A stretch of 41,821 bases of DNA, taken from assembly GCA_014796735.1 (NCBI GenBank), contig JAAVIG010000060.1, forward strand, positions 1 to 41,821, in the 5' to 3' direction. Both the position numbers and the translations under genes were made by a program. This document shows positions 1-9,592 of this stretch, in pieces. The notes under the pieces were generated by a model. It had not been told where the DNA came from, ran no database searches, and worked only from the letters and a program-made list of their open reading frames with translations. The stretch's first letter is position 1. Each line of letters opens with the position of its first letter. This DNA comes from Oscillospiraceae bacterium (GTDB lineage Bacteria > Bacillota > Clostridia > Oscillospirales > Ruminococcaceae).

Positions 1-233
1 GATTCCGCGTTTGAATAAATATTATCCGCGGTCTTAAGGTTTTCCTGATAATTGTTCAGATTGGCGATAGCCTTTCTCACTCTCATGGCTGTAGCCGCCT
101 GTGCGGGCATTTCGCTCGCCTGCCCGAACTGGCGGTAGCTGGAAATCTTCTGCTCGGATTTGTATTTAAGGGAATAATTCTTTTCAAGATTCTTCAAGTA
201 ATTGCGGGTTATGGTGGCATTAGCTACTCTCAT
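1..233 (-). CDS. flgL: Flagellar hook-associated protein 3 FlgL, N-terminal part (runs off the window)
   Basis: Manual translation from ATG at 233: MRVANATITRNYLKNLEKNYSLKYKSEQKISSYRQFGQASEMPAQAATAMRVRKAIANLNNYQENLKTADNIYSNAE, a flagellin-family N-terminus; RBS GAAAGGA upstream; directly follows flgK. Confidence 0.85.
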   Translation of the reverse strand, partial: MRVANATITRNYLKNLEKNYSLKYKSEQKISSYRQFGQASEMPAQAATAMRVRKAIANLNNYQENLKTADNIYSNAE

Positions 234-285
234 TTGATTATCGTCCTTTCAGCTCTTAAATAATTGATGTTTTAAGCTATACCGC

Positions 286-1890
286 TTACCTTCCTGCCAG
301 ACCGGTGTTGTTTATAAGTCTGTCAACACATTCATCCATTGTGGTAAGCATACGGGAATTGGCGTTGAACCACCTCTGGTAGTTCATCATGTTGATGCCC
401 TCTTCTGTTTCCGAAACGCCCGAAATGCTTTGCCTTGTGTCAAGAATGGCGTTTGCGTTGTCGGAATTAAGGTCGTACTGCTCTTCGTAGTAGCTTATGC
501 TTTCGGCTATGCGGTCGTCAACGAACAGGCAGTAATCGTAAATAGAGCCCGTGAACTCGCCCGCTCTGCCTACCTTGATAGGTGTATCCAAGCCGAGGTA
601 AAGCGTATTCACCATGTTGCCGTCCAACGAAAGATCCCATCTCAGCTCGTCTTTTTCCACGTTGTAAGAGGGGTTCCTGCCTATCATCGTGGCTTCCGCC
701 ATCCACTCGTCGGAAATCCTGATGTTAGAAGCGGTAATGAGTACGTCCTTGATCTCATTGCCGTCCTTGTCGTACTGCTTGTCGGCGGCGAACATTGTTC
801 TTGAGGGGTCTATCTCCGTAACTTTATTGCCGTCGGCGTCGATATAGGAGTACTGGCCGCAAAGGTCGTTCATCAGTTTCGCGAACGAATTTGCGAAAGC
901 GTCCAATGTGGAACGGTAATAAGGAATACCGTACTCGGTGCTTTGATAGAAAGCGGCATATGTTCCGTTGCCGTTAAGCATATCCATTCTTGCCTTTAAG
1001 TCTCCCGAGAAAACGTTCCCGCTGACCTTCTCGCCGTTTGTAAACTGGAGAACCGCCGCGCCGTACTCCTCGTAATCCTTCATCATAAGATGCTCGTACT
1101 TGGTGCCGTTTACTACCGTAGTACCGCCTATTTCTATTTTAACCGAACCGTCGTTGTTATCGGAAACGCTGATGTTGCCGTAATAGGAAAGCTCGTCGAT
1201 AAGCTGATTGCGTTGATCCAGAAGTTCGTTCGGTCCGTAGGAGCCTATAACCGTTTCACCGTAATATATCTTATCCGCGGCGGTAATATTGTACTCACCC
1301 GTGATAACTCCGTTATACTGAACGATCCTGTCGATCAGATCGTTTACCTCGGAAATGGAATTTTGCAGCTCAATTATATTTTCGTTTTTGAGGTTGTCAA
1401 GCTGCGTGGCATAGCTTCTGAGGGTCTGAGTAACGGAATAGCACTCGTTTCTTACAATGCTCGCAAGCTCCTGATTGTAGGGGGAATCCGCCGCGTACTT
1501 GGCAAAGGCGGCTTTTACATCGTTCAGATTCTTGATAAGACCGGTTTCGTCTATATCGCTCAAGATCCGTTCTGTTTCGCTCAGAACGCTTTTTTTGACG
1601 TCGTACTCGGCGACGTAAGCGGTAAATTCTCTGTAACGCTTGTCAACGTACTTGTCTCTTATCTGATTCACTCCGAAAGCGTTAACGCCCTGTCCCGTAA
1701 GGGAAAGTCGCGAAAGCTTCGTGCCGTATTTGCCCGAAAGGGGAATGAACGTGGAGTTCAAGTCTACCCTCTGTCTGGTGTAGCCCTCCGTGTTTATGTT
1801 GGACAGGTTGTTGTTGGTAATATCCAACGCTTTCTGTGAAATCTGGATACTGCGCTTTGAAACCTCATAGCCTACAAAAGTTGAACGCAT
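286..1890 (-). CDS. flgK: Flagellar hook-associated protein 1 FlgK
   Basis: N-terminal NNLSNINTEGYTRQRV and C-terminal RQSISGVSETEEGINMMNYQRWFNANSRML basal-body/hook motifs; AGGAGG RBS; flgN-flgK-flgL synteny. Confidence 0.95.
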   Translation of the reverse strand: MRSTFVGYEVSKRSIQISQKALDITNNNLSNINTEGYTRQRVDLNSTFIPLSGKYGTKLSRLSLTGQGVNAFGVNQIRDKYVDKRYREFTAYVAEYDVKKSVLSETERILSDIDETGLIKNLNDVKAAFAKYAADSPYNQELASIVRNECYSVTQTLRSYATQLDNLKNENIIELQNSISEVNDLIDRIVQYNGVITGEYNITAADKIYYGETVIGSYGPNELLDQRNQLIDELSYYGNISVSDNNDGSVKIEIGGTTVVNGTKYEHLMMKDYEEYGAAVLQFTNGEKVSGNVFSGDLKARMDMLNGNGTYAAFYQSTEYGIPYYRSTLDAFANSFAKLMNDLCGQYSYIDADGNKVTEIDPSRTMFAADKQYDKDGNEIKDVLITASNIRISDEWMAEATMIGRNPSYNVEKDELRWDLSLDGNMVNTLYLGLDTPIKVGRAGEFTGSIYDYCLFVDDRIAESISYYEEQYDLNSDNANAILDTRQSISGVSETEEGINMMNYQRWFNANSRMLTTMDECVDRLINNTGLAGR

Positions 1891-1992
1891 ATAAATATTC
1901 CTCCTAAAAATCTGCGTAAAAGATTAAACATCCCGAATCAGTCAATCGGTCATAAGACAGTGCTTAAAAATGCCGCACTATGATGCATTCCG

Positions 1993-2475
1993 TCAGACAT
2001 TGCCGATGATATCGCCACCCGAGCCGCTGCTGCCCTTAACAAAGTGCGCGTCGCCGGAATAAGCGCCTATTCCCGTCAATTCGTTTACGCCAAGAAGCTT
2101 TGACTGTACCTTTATTTTCCTCTCCACCAAATCATTGGATATCTCATTGATCCTTTTTATTTTCGCAATAGAGTTGTTGAGCCTCTGACTTTGCAGATTG
2201 AAAGCGGGGATATAATCCTCCGGAAAAAGCTCGGCCATATCCACCAGCTTAACTCCCTTGATCCCTGCCTGTTCAAAAAGGGCAAGCCTTTTATCCTCAA
2301 GGGAATTGCCCTTCATTATATAGCTCTGCTCATCAACCAGCGCGTCCTCAAGCCATGTCAGATCGTCCTTGAGAATATGGTTTTGCTTTTCAAGGAGAAA
2401 ATTGGCAAGCTTTTCAAAGTGAGTGTTATACTGATCAAGAAATCTTATGATAACTTCGGCGGTCTGAACAGTCAT
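1993..2475 (-). CDS. flgN: Flagellar export chaperone FlgN
   Basis: 160 aa helical protein (LLEKQNHIL..DL..LE....LEDKR pattern) between flgM and flgK; AGGAGG RBS. Confidence 0.8.
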   Translation of the reverse strand: MTVQTAEVIIRFLDQYNTHFEKLANFLLEKQNHILKDDLTWLEDALVDEQSYIMKGNSLEDKRLALFEQAGIKGVKLVDMAELFPEDYIPAFNLQSQRLNNSIAKIKRINEISNDLVERKIKVQSKLLGVNELTGIGAYSGDAHFVKGSSGSGGDIIGNV

Positions 2476-2487
2476 AAAACCGCCTCC

Positions 2488-2769
2488 TTACTGTCCGAGA
2501 ATAGCCTTGGCAATAATCTCGGAGCTTACGGGACAGTTATCTCCGCTGTACGCGGCCTGAAGCTGTTCGATTTTTTCAGCGCCCGCTTCCGCCTCAATGC
2601 TGCTTGCAGTGTTTGCCTTTGCCGCCGCCAAAGCGCTCGCAAAGTCAAAATCCACCTTGTCGGTATTGGCGGGAGCCTTGCCCTTTTCCTTTTTGCCCGC
2701 GGAAACGTTCGAAAATTTTTCGTAGGAGCGTATCGCGCTTGCGTTGGGTATTAAATTCTTTATCTCCAT
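2488..2769 (-). CDS. flgM: Anti-sigma28 factor FlgM (93 aa; start reassigned to MEIKNL)
   Basis: DKVDF...EKIEQLQAAYSGDNCPVSSEIIAKAIL matches the FlgM C-terminal pattern; GAAAGGG RBS before ATG 2769; consensus sigma28 promoter upstream. Confidence 0.85.
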   Translation of the reverse strand: MEIKNLIPNASAIRSYEKFSNVSAGKKEKGKAPANTDKVDFDFASALAAAKANTASSIEAEAGAEKIEQLQAAYSGDNCPVSSEIIAKAILGQ

Positions 2770-2901
2770 AAGATCAACCCTTTCTGTTTGATTTTGGGTG
2801 TGTTCGTTTTGTTTTGCGGATTCGGGGAATCGGAGACGCGCCCTTTTCCTGTAAGCCGCAGATCGTTTTTTCATAAAGAGAGTAAATCTATCTCAAGTAT
2901 A

Positions 2902-2928
2902 ATATCGGCAGAGGCGGAAAAATCTTTA
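2902..2928 (-). promoter_or_regulatory. Sigma28 (FliA/SigD) promoter of flgM-flgN-flgK-flgL
   Basis: Minus strand reads TAAA-gatttttccgcctct(15 nt)-GCCGATAT, an exact SigD consensus. Confidence 0.9.
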
Positions 2929-3047
2929 GTTTTTATTTGAAAAAAAAGATGAATTTTATGTGAAAATTAGGTGAAACATTGTTGTTCTTGCCGAAATGAA
3001 GCTTCCTCCGTTCTAACGAAGAGATGAGGGGCTGTAAAAACTCAATA

Positions 3048-3104
3048 AAAACGTAACCCGTCAAAGCCAAGGTAAACAAGGTTTTAACGGGCATATTTCA
3101 TTTA
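3048..3104 (-). terminator. Hairpin terminator of the solute-binding protein gene; member of the dispersed AACCCGTCAAAACC...GGTTTTGACGGG repeat family
   Basis: Minus strand CCCGTTAAAACC-N11-GGCTTTGACGGG followed by TTACGTTTT; homologous to 17691-17742 and 20404-20450. Confidence 0.65.
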
Positions 3105-3125
3105 ATAGTTATGGTTTATTTCAGA

Positions 3126-4682
3126 TCAACTCTGCGCCGCCTTCGCCATAGCGTCGCGGTAAGGCTGTATAAACGCCTCTATCGCCTCATACTTGCTGTT
3201 CAGCATGGTGGTGTAGGACACGTCGTGGTAGGTAACGCCGTCGATAAGAGCTTCGTCGGTGGCGGTCATTATATCGGTGACCCCTCCGTCAACACCCATT
3301 GCGTTATCGAACACCAGTTCAAACTTATCCGAGTGAAGCATTTCGTCGATGAGATCGTACTGCTCCTTGCTGTACACCGCCTTGAACTTTTCTCTTCTGG
3401 GGGTGTCACATTCGGGGCAGACCGTCAGAGTATTGTCGCCCGCGGTATAATCGTGTCTGCATTCGGGGCACAGATCGTAATAGGCGGGTCCGGGAGCGGT
3501 TTTGTACTCAAAGTCCGCCGCTCTTGTTTCGGGGTCGGATTCGTAGAGTCTGCTTGACAGGATCCAGTCGACGCCGCCCTGAACATTGGGAGAACCGGCG
3601 GGAACCAGATAACCGAAGGTATCCGCCGCAATATAATACTTGTCGGAATTAGGGTCTTTGGGCATGGGAATGGTAACTATCTCTCCCTCAAGACCGTTGT
3701 TGAATAATCCCTGCTGCGCGCTTTCAAAGGTCCATTCGGATTCCATTGCCAGGAACAAAAGGCTTCCGTCCGCAAAAGCCGCGCCGGGGTCTACGTAGCC
3801 GTCGCCTATAAGCCCCTGCTTACGCATATCCGAGAGGAAATTCATGGCGCGTTCAACGTTTTCGTTTCTTAAATTGTTTACAATATCCGTACCGGTCACG
3901 TCAAGCATTTTTACGCCTGTGGTGTTGGTGAACATCAGACCCATCCACTTGTTGCCTCTTAACCCCTCGTTGTTGTCGGGGTCCTTATCGACCCACTGCG
4001 CGGCAAGCTCTTTAAAGGTGTTCCAGTTCCAGTTGTTTTCCTTGTAAAGCTCCATAGGATCCTTTAAGCCCGCCTCCAATACGGAGGCTCTGTTGTAAGT
4101 AATTGTAAAGCCGGGCATTACGTCGGAGGGAAAATAAAAATGCTTTCCCGCGTAGTCAAAGGATTGAATAACGCTCTTTATGTCCTTCCACAGATCGGCG
4201 TCCATATCCAGCCAATCGTCAAGGGGAGTGTAAGTGTTTTTTGAAGCGTAGCAGGGAAATGCGATCCAGTCGTATCTTACCAGATCGGGAGAATCGCCCG
4301 TTGCGATATACGTTCCCAGCTTATCCCACCAATCGTTCCAGCCCGCTATTTCCGTTGTAAGAGTCCCGCCGAAATGTTCGGCAAATATCTCGGCCGTCTC
4401 CTTTTCCTGTTTACCGATGTCATAGTAGCAAAGTGCGTGCACCTCGCCCGCCAGCTGACCCTTGACATAAGCGGGGCCCGTGCCGTCCTCGTTGGCTTCG
4501 TCAACCTCTCCTATATCAGCCATGCTGCTGTAATCGATCTCGTTGTCAAGCGCCTGTGTGGTTGTGGTAGTGGAGCTGTTAACATTCGTAACGTTGCCAT
4601 CGCTTTCATTGCCCGAGCAGGCGGACAGCAGAATGATCGAAGCGCACATCAATATTGATAAAATTTTCTTTTTAGCATTCAT
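3126..4682 (-). CDS. Extracellular solute-binding lipoprotein (carbohydrate ABC family 1) with C-terminal CPEC...CPEC insert
   Basis: Start reassigned to MNAKKKILS (GAAAGGAAA RBS); lipobox LLSAC; motifs IATGDSPDL, YNRASVLEAGLKDP, WNWNTFKELA typical of SBP_bac_1/8. Confidence 0.85.
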   Translation of the reverse strand: MNAKKKILSILMCASIILLSACSGNESDGNVTNVNSSTTTTTQALDNEIDYSSMADIGEVDEANEDGTGPAYVKGQLAGEVHALCYYDIGKQEKETAEIFAEHFGGTLTTEIAGWNDWWDKLGTYIATGDSPDLVRYDWIAFPCYASKNTYTPLDDWLDMDADLWKDIKSVIQSFDYAGKHFYFPSDVMPGFTITYNRASVLEAGLKDPMELYKENNWNWNTFKELAAQWVDKDPDNNEGLRGNKWMGLMFTNTTGVKMLDVTGTDIVNNLRNENVERAMNFLSDMRKQGLIGDGYVDPGAAFADGSLLFLAMESEWTFESAQQGLFNNGLEGEIVTIPMPKDPNSDKYYIAADTFGYLVPAGSPNVQGGVDWILSSRLYESDPETRAADFEYKTAPGPAYYDLCPECRHDYTAGDNTLTVCPECDTPRREKFKAVYSKEQYDLIDEMLHSDKFELVFDNAMGVDGGVTDIMTATDEALIDGVTYHDVSYTTMLNSKYEAIEAFIQPYRDAMAKAAQS

Positions 4683-4715
4683 TACGGAAACTTTCCTTTC
4701 GTTATAATTGCTTTT

Positions 4716-4744
4716 ATTGTAACATTTTGAAACATACTTGTCAA
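4716..4744 (-). promoter_or_regulatory. SigmaA promoter of the solute-binding protein gene
   Basis: Minus strand TTGACA-17 nt-TACAAT with extended -10 TG. Confidence 0.75.
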
Positions 4745-4881
4745 GCGGCGCCCAATTTTTATAATATTGCATTTTTCGCTTTAATGTGATATACTGTAAA
4801 TAATATTGTGCATATATCTCACAATTCGAAAATTACGCTGTATCGGCGAGTATATCCAAAAAAATCGGGGAGGGCAAACGG

Positions 4882-7800
4882 GTGGATACAAAAAAGCTTG
4901 ACAAATGGGCGGAGCTGTTATTGGACACGGGAAAAAGAAACAATCTGATAAATTTCAAGGACTCCAAGACCTCGTCTGTGGAGGTGCTGTTGCCTGAGCC
5001 GCACATCTTGTTTGAAAAGCTGGACGCCGGAAGCAGCTTAGAGGTGTTTGAAACGCCCGCCGAGGATAACGTACGGCCGGAGGAGCCCGAAGAAAAGGCG
5101 GACGACAGGGAGGAGTATAAGGCAAAATACTCTCCAAAGCTGAAAAAACAAAATCAGCTGCTGATTTACAACAAAGGCGGCGATCCCAACGCCGCATTAA
5201 AAAACATAGACAAAAAGGCCGACGAATACATAGAGGAAACGGGCGTAAATGTGGCGCATATGGCGTTCGGTATGATATGCTGGCGGGAAAAGGAAAACGC
5301 GGAAGACCCGTATAAAGCCCCCTTGCTGCTGATACCCATATATATCGAGCGTAAAAAATCAAATGAGCCTTATACAATAACGTCATCGGGAGACGATGTG
5401 ACGGTGAACCCCACCTTTGCCTATAAGTTAGAGGCGGAGCACGGTATAAAACTGCCCGAGTATGAGGAGCAGGGACTTAAGGAATACCTGAATATTGTAA
5501 GAGAGCAGCTTGCGCTCCTTAAATGGCAGGTGACCGACGAGTGCAGGATAGGGATATTCTCGTTTTTAAAGGTAAACATGTACCGCGATCTTAAGGACAA
5601 CGGGAACATTATACTGTCAAATCCCAACGTGCGCATGCTTCTTGGAGAAAAGGACGCGTTTGAACAAGGCAATACGCCCACTGCCGCGAGAACCCATAAC
5701 CCGCTCATGGAGCTGCATAATGTGGTGGACGCGGACTCAAGCCAAATCGAGGCTATAGAAACAGCGCGCACGGGGGTAAGCTTTGTTTTGCAGGGACCTC
5801 CCGGAACAGGCAAGAGCCAGACAATAACAAATATGATAGCGGAGCTGTTAAACAGCGGGAAAAAGGTGCTGTTCGTATCGGAAAAGTCGGCGGCTCTGAA
5901 TGTGGTATACGACAAACTGAAACAGGCGGGCTTGTCCGAGTTCTGCCTGGAGCTTCACAGCCACAAGGCAAACAAAAAGGCCGTTATAAAGGAGCTTTGC
6001 GATACCTTAAGAATGAGCAAAAGCGCGGTGTCCGACAAGGCGGATGCGGAGCTGACCGCAAAGGAAAAGGCGCAGAAGCAGCTTGACAGCTATGCGGCGG
6101 AGCTTCACCGCACAAGGGAAAATATAGGAAAAAGCCTGTATCGGCTGTACGAGGATTACTCGGCGGTGAGAAACGCGCACGACATCGGCTGCTTTATTCC
6201 CGACATTAACGATAAAAACGGGGAATATTTCGAGGAATGTATCGGGCTGATAGAGGAGTACAGCGAGTATGTGCCCTCAATAGGCGTCGATCACAGGAAA
6301 AATTCGTGGTACGGCTACATAAATCCCGACAACTCACATCAAGCAAAAAATCAGGTCAAAACGGACTTGGACGCGTCTATAAAGTACCTTTCCGCGCTGT
6401 CCGCTTTGCAGGAGAGGATTGAAAGAAGATACGGAGTATACTGTTTAAATGTAGAGCAGACAAGACTGTGGCGTAAATTTTTCGGCTATGGCGCGGAGGG
6501 CACGGTATTGACCCCCCGATTGCTGAATATAAATGAGCTTGAAAAAGCGCAGAGCAATATCAAAAAGGCGGAGAAGCTCTGCAAGGAGATATTGACAGCG
6601 AAAGAGGAGATAGGCTCCGAGTTTGACGGCGATATTTACAGATTAGACGGCTCGGACTGTCTCAAACGGCTTACCAAGCAGTTTGACGGCGGCTTTTCAA
6701 GACTGTTTTCAAAGGAATACAAGGGTATAGTAAGTGACCTCAGACTAAGCAGAAAAAGCGGGAAAAAGCCTTCTTACGAAGAAGCGGTGAAGTATGCCCG
6801 CATACTTTCGGAGTATCAGAAAAAGCAGGGTGAGCTGAGCGAAGCGGAAAGCCTGCTGAAGGGCGTTGTGGGCAGCGCGCTTAAGGGTACGGAAAGCGAC
6901 TGGGAGAATATAAACGGGCAGACGGATTTTTTAAGGTCACTGCTGCAAACGGGCTTTTACTTCGGACGCCTAGAGACAATGACCAACGAGGAATTTGAAA
7001 GGGAGAGGACGGAATTTTCCGCGCTGTGTCAAGAAACGGACGACTGCTTTAAACTGAGGGGCGAGGAATATTCAAGACTGAGTTCATATTTTGACCCCGA
7101 GGTATTCGACCCCGACAGAGCGGATACACAGGCGGCTCTTATGAAATGCAAAACCTGTATGAGCGGAATGTACAGGTTAGATAACTGGTGCAGATTCAGG
7201 GGAATATTGAAGGAGATAGGACAAAGGGAACTGATGCCCTTTGTATACGCCGCGATGGAGGAAAACATTCCGGCGGCGGATATTCCCTTAGCTTACAAAA
7301 AAAGGCTGTACAGCGCGCAGATCGACGCAATACTGGCGCAGGAGCCTGTTCTGGCTTCATTCAGCCGTATCTCACAGGACAGAGCGGCGGAGCTGTTCAA
7401 GAAAAAGGACGTGCTGCATTTTGAGATAAACAAGGCGAAAATAAGAGCGGCTTTGTCCTCCCGCAGACCCTCCCCCGATATGGTATCCTCCGGCAGCGCG
7501 GTTTCGGTGCTGCTGAGAGAGGCGGAGAAGAAGCGCAGGCAGAAGAGCATACGCGCGCTGCTGACAGAGGCGGGTGAGCTTATACAGGTAATAAAGCCCT
7601 GCTTTCTTATGTCCCCTCTCAGTGTAAGCACATTTCTGACCTCAAGAAATATTCATTTCGATACGGTCATATTTGACGAGGCGTCTCAGATATTCCCGCA
7701 GGACGCTGCAGGGGCGATATACCGCGCCGATCAGCTTATAGTAGTCGGAGACTCAAAGCAAATGCCGCCCGGAAACTTTTTCAACGCTTCCTTGGAGGCA

Positions 7801-9480
7801 GAGGATGACGAGGAAACGGGCGACGTTACCGACTTTGAATCGGTGCTTGACCTTTGCTCGGCTTCAATGCGGCAGTTACGGCTTAACTGGCATTACAGAA
7901 GCCGCTTTGAACAGCTGATCGCTTTTTCCAACAAGAATTTTTATGACGGCAGTCTGATCACCTTCCCCTCGGCAAGCTGCGACAGGGAAGGAACAGGAGT
8001 AGATTACCATTACGTAAACGGAATTTTTGACCGCAAAAGTCACACCAACAGAGCGGAGGCCGAATATATCACGGAGCTTGTGTACAAAAACATAGAGGAA
8101 TACCCCGACAGAAGTCTTGGGGTAGTGGCTTTCAGCGCGTCGCAGCAAAATCTGATAGACAAGCTGCTGTGGGAACGCAGGCTTAACAATCCCGACAAGG
8201 AATTTTTCTTTGCAAAGGACAGGGAAGAGCCTTTCTTTGTCAAGAATCTGGAGACGGTACAGGGAGACGAGAGAGATACTATCATATTCAGCGTGGCTTA
8301 CGGCTTTGACGAGAGCGGAAAGCTTCTGCACAACTTCGGCCCCTTGAACCGCGCGGGAGGAGAAAGACGCCTCAATGTGGCGGTAACGAGAGCAAAGCAC
8401 AACGTGCAGCTTGTGTCCTCAATGCACCATACAGACATTGACCTTACCCGAACGGGAGCGGAGGGCGCAAGACTGCTTAAGGAATATCTGGACTTTGCGG
8501 AAAACGGTGATATTGCACTGCTGCAATCGTTTGATTCCAATCACCGCAATGACCGCTTCAACTCGGCGTTTGAGGCGGAGGTGGCAGAATTTCTGCGTGA
8601 CAACGGCTTTGACATTAACACACAGGTCGGCTGTTCGGGATTCAAAATAGATATTGGCTTGAAAAAACCCGACAGCGCGGATTATGTGTTGGCAATAGAA
8701 TGTGACGGCGCGTCCTACCGCTCGGCGAAAAACGCCCGTGACCGCGACAGGCTTAGACAGCAGGTGCTGGAAAAGATGGGCTGGCGATTCTGCCGCGTAT
8801 GGTCAACCGACTGGTACTGCAATAATGCGGCAGAACGGCAAAGGCTGTTGGAGACGGCGGAAAAGGCAATAAACACGCCCATGCGATATAACGAACAGAG
8901 CGAGAATGTTTACGGCGAAGATAACGGACAGAATCAGGAAGATTTCGAGGAGGAGAAAAGAGAGCACTTTGAGTTCCCGCCCTATAAGGCGGCTGATACG
9001 GATATGCTTATCCCAATCTACCGGCCAAACTACTTTAAAGCTATGGTGAAGGAGATACTGGAAACGGAAGCGCCTTTGTCAGAGGAGCTGCTATTAAAGC
9101 GCGTGCTTCCTTTCTTCAGGCGCGAAAAGGTAACGGTGTCCGTACAGAACATGTACGAAATTGAAATGAAGGACTGCGGAGAATACGGAATTATACGCAG
9201 GAACGGATTTTTGTATTATCAGGGGAACAATATACATTTCAGAGCGGCAGGCGATATTGTAAGAGAGGTAAAGCATATTTGTCCCGAGGAACTGGCGGCG
9301 GGAATTTTGGGGATATTGAAGCAGAATATTACCGCGGACAAAACCGGACTGTACAACGAGCTTGCGCGTCAGTGCGGAATAAGCAGGGCGGGCAGCACGG
9401 TGACGGATCTGTTTGATAAGGCGCTGGAGCTGTTGGGGGATAAGGTGACGGTTGAGGGGGAAATGTTGAAGTTAAAGTAG
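4882..9480 (+). CDS. DUF4011 - SF1 (UPF1-like) helicase - Vsr/MTES_1575-like nuclease - DUF3320-type protein (Hhe-like anti-phage defence)
   Basis: N-term W..LLDTGKRNNLINF (DUF4011), Walker A QGPPGTGKSQT, Walker B FDEASQ, VGDSKQMPP, HYRS, VQGDERD, RLNVAVTRAK, then SAFEAEV...IDIG...IECDG...DRLRQQVLEKMGW...WSTDW; GTG start with GGAGG RBS. Confidence 0.9.
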   Translation: MDTKKLDKWAELLLDTGKRNNLINFKDSKTSSVEVLLPEPHILFEKLDAGSSLEVFETPAEDNVRPEEPEEKADDREEYKAKYSPKLKKQNQLLIYNKGGDPNAALKNIDKKADEYIEETGVNVAHMAFGMICWREKENAEDPYKAPLLLIPIYIERKKSNEPYTITSSGDDVTVNPTFAYKLEAEHGIKLPEYEEQGLKEYLNIVREQLALLKWQVTDECRIGIFSFLKVNMYRDLKDNGNIILSNPNVRMLLGEKDAFEQGNTPTAARTHNPLMELHNVVDADSSQIEAIETARTGVSFVLQGPPGTGKSQTITNMIAELLNSGKKVLFVSEKSAALNVVYDKLKQAGLSEFCLELHSHKANKKAVIKELCDTLRMSKSAVSDKADAELTAKEKAQKQLDSYAAELHRTRENIGKSLYRLYEDYSAVRNAHDIGCFIPDINDKNGEYFEECIGLIEEYSEYVPSIGVDHRKNSWYGYINPDNSHQAKNQVKTDLDASIKYLSALSALQERIERRYGVYCLNVEQTRLWRKFFGYGAEGTVLTPRLLNINELEKAQSNIKKAEKLCKEILTAKEEIGSEFDGDIYRLDGSDCLKRLTKQFDGGFSRLFSKEYKGIVSDLRLSRKSGKKPSYEEAVKYARILSEYQKKQGELSEAESLLKGVVGSALKGTESDWENINGQTDFLRSLLQTGFYFGRLETMTNEEFERERTEFSALCQETDDCFKLRGEEYSRLSSYFDPEVFDPDRADTQAALMKCKTCMSGMYRLDNWCRFRGILKEIGQRELMPFVYAAMEENIPAADIPLAYKKRLYSAQIDAILAQEPVLASFSRISQDRAAELFKKKDVLHFEINKAKIRAALSSRRPSPDMVSSGSAVSVLLREAEKKRRQKSIRALLTEAGELIQVIKPCFLMSPLSVSTFLTSRNIHFDTVIFDEASQIFPQDAAGAIYRADQLIVVGDSKQMPPGNFFNASLEAEDDEETGDVTDFESVLDLCSASMRQLRLNWHYRSRFEQLIAFSNKNFYDGSLITFPSASCDREGTGVDYHYVNGIFDRKSHTNRAEAEYITELVYKNIEEYPDRSLGVVAFSASQQNLIDKLLWERRLNNPDKEFFFAKDREEPFFVKNLETVQGDERDTIIFSVAYGFDESGKLLHNFGPLNRAGGERRLNVAVTRAKHNVQLVSSMHHTDIDLTRTGAEGARLLKEYLDFAENGDIALLQSFDSNHRNDRFNSAFEAEVAEFLRDNGFDINTQVGCSGFKIDIGLKKPDSADYVLAIECDGASYRSAKNARDRDRLRQQVLEKMGWRFCRVWSTDWYCNNAAERQRLLETAEKAINTPMRYNEQSENVYGEDNGQNQEDFEEEKREHFEFPPYKAADTDMLIPIYRPNYFKAMVKEILETEAPLSEELLLKRVLPFFRREKVTVSVQNMYEIEMKDCGEYGIIRRNGFLYYQGNNIHFRAAGDIVREVKHICPEELAAGILGILKQNITADKTGLYNELARQCGISRAGSTVTDLFDKALELLGDKVTVEGEMLKLK

Positions 9481-9519
9481 GGGCAGCGGTTGCTGTCAAT
9501 AATAATAATAATAATATGT

Positions 9520-9554
9520 AACAGGCAGTCTTTTGAAAGGGCTGTCTGTTTTTT
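9520..9554 (+). terminator. Intrinsic terminator of the helicase gene
   Basis: AACAGGCAGTC...GGCTGTCTGTT stem followed by TTTT, 40 nt after the stop. Confidence 0.8.
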
Positions 9555-9592
9555 GTAAGAGGAAAAAGTGGGGTATAGGACAGATGTCGGGC

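Noticed and set aside
430-1839. Plus-strand ORFs opposite flgK, and the many similar antisense or nested ORFs across the window
   Set aside because: Shadow frames of well-supported genes, with no recognisable motifs.
9498-9515. (AAT)6 simple repeat after the helicase stop
   Set aside because: Lies between stop codon and terminator, with no evident coding or promoter consequence.
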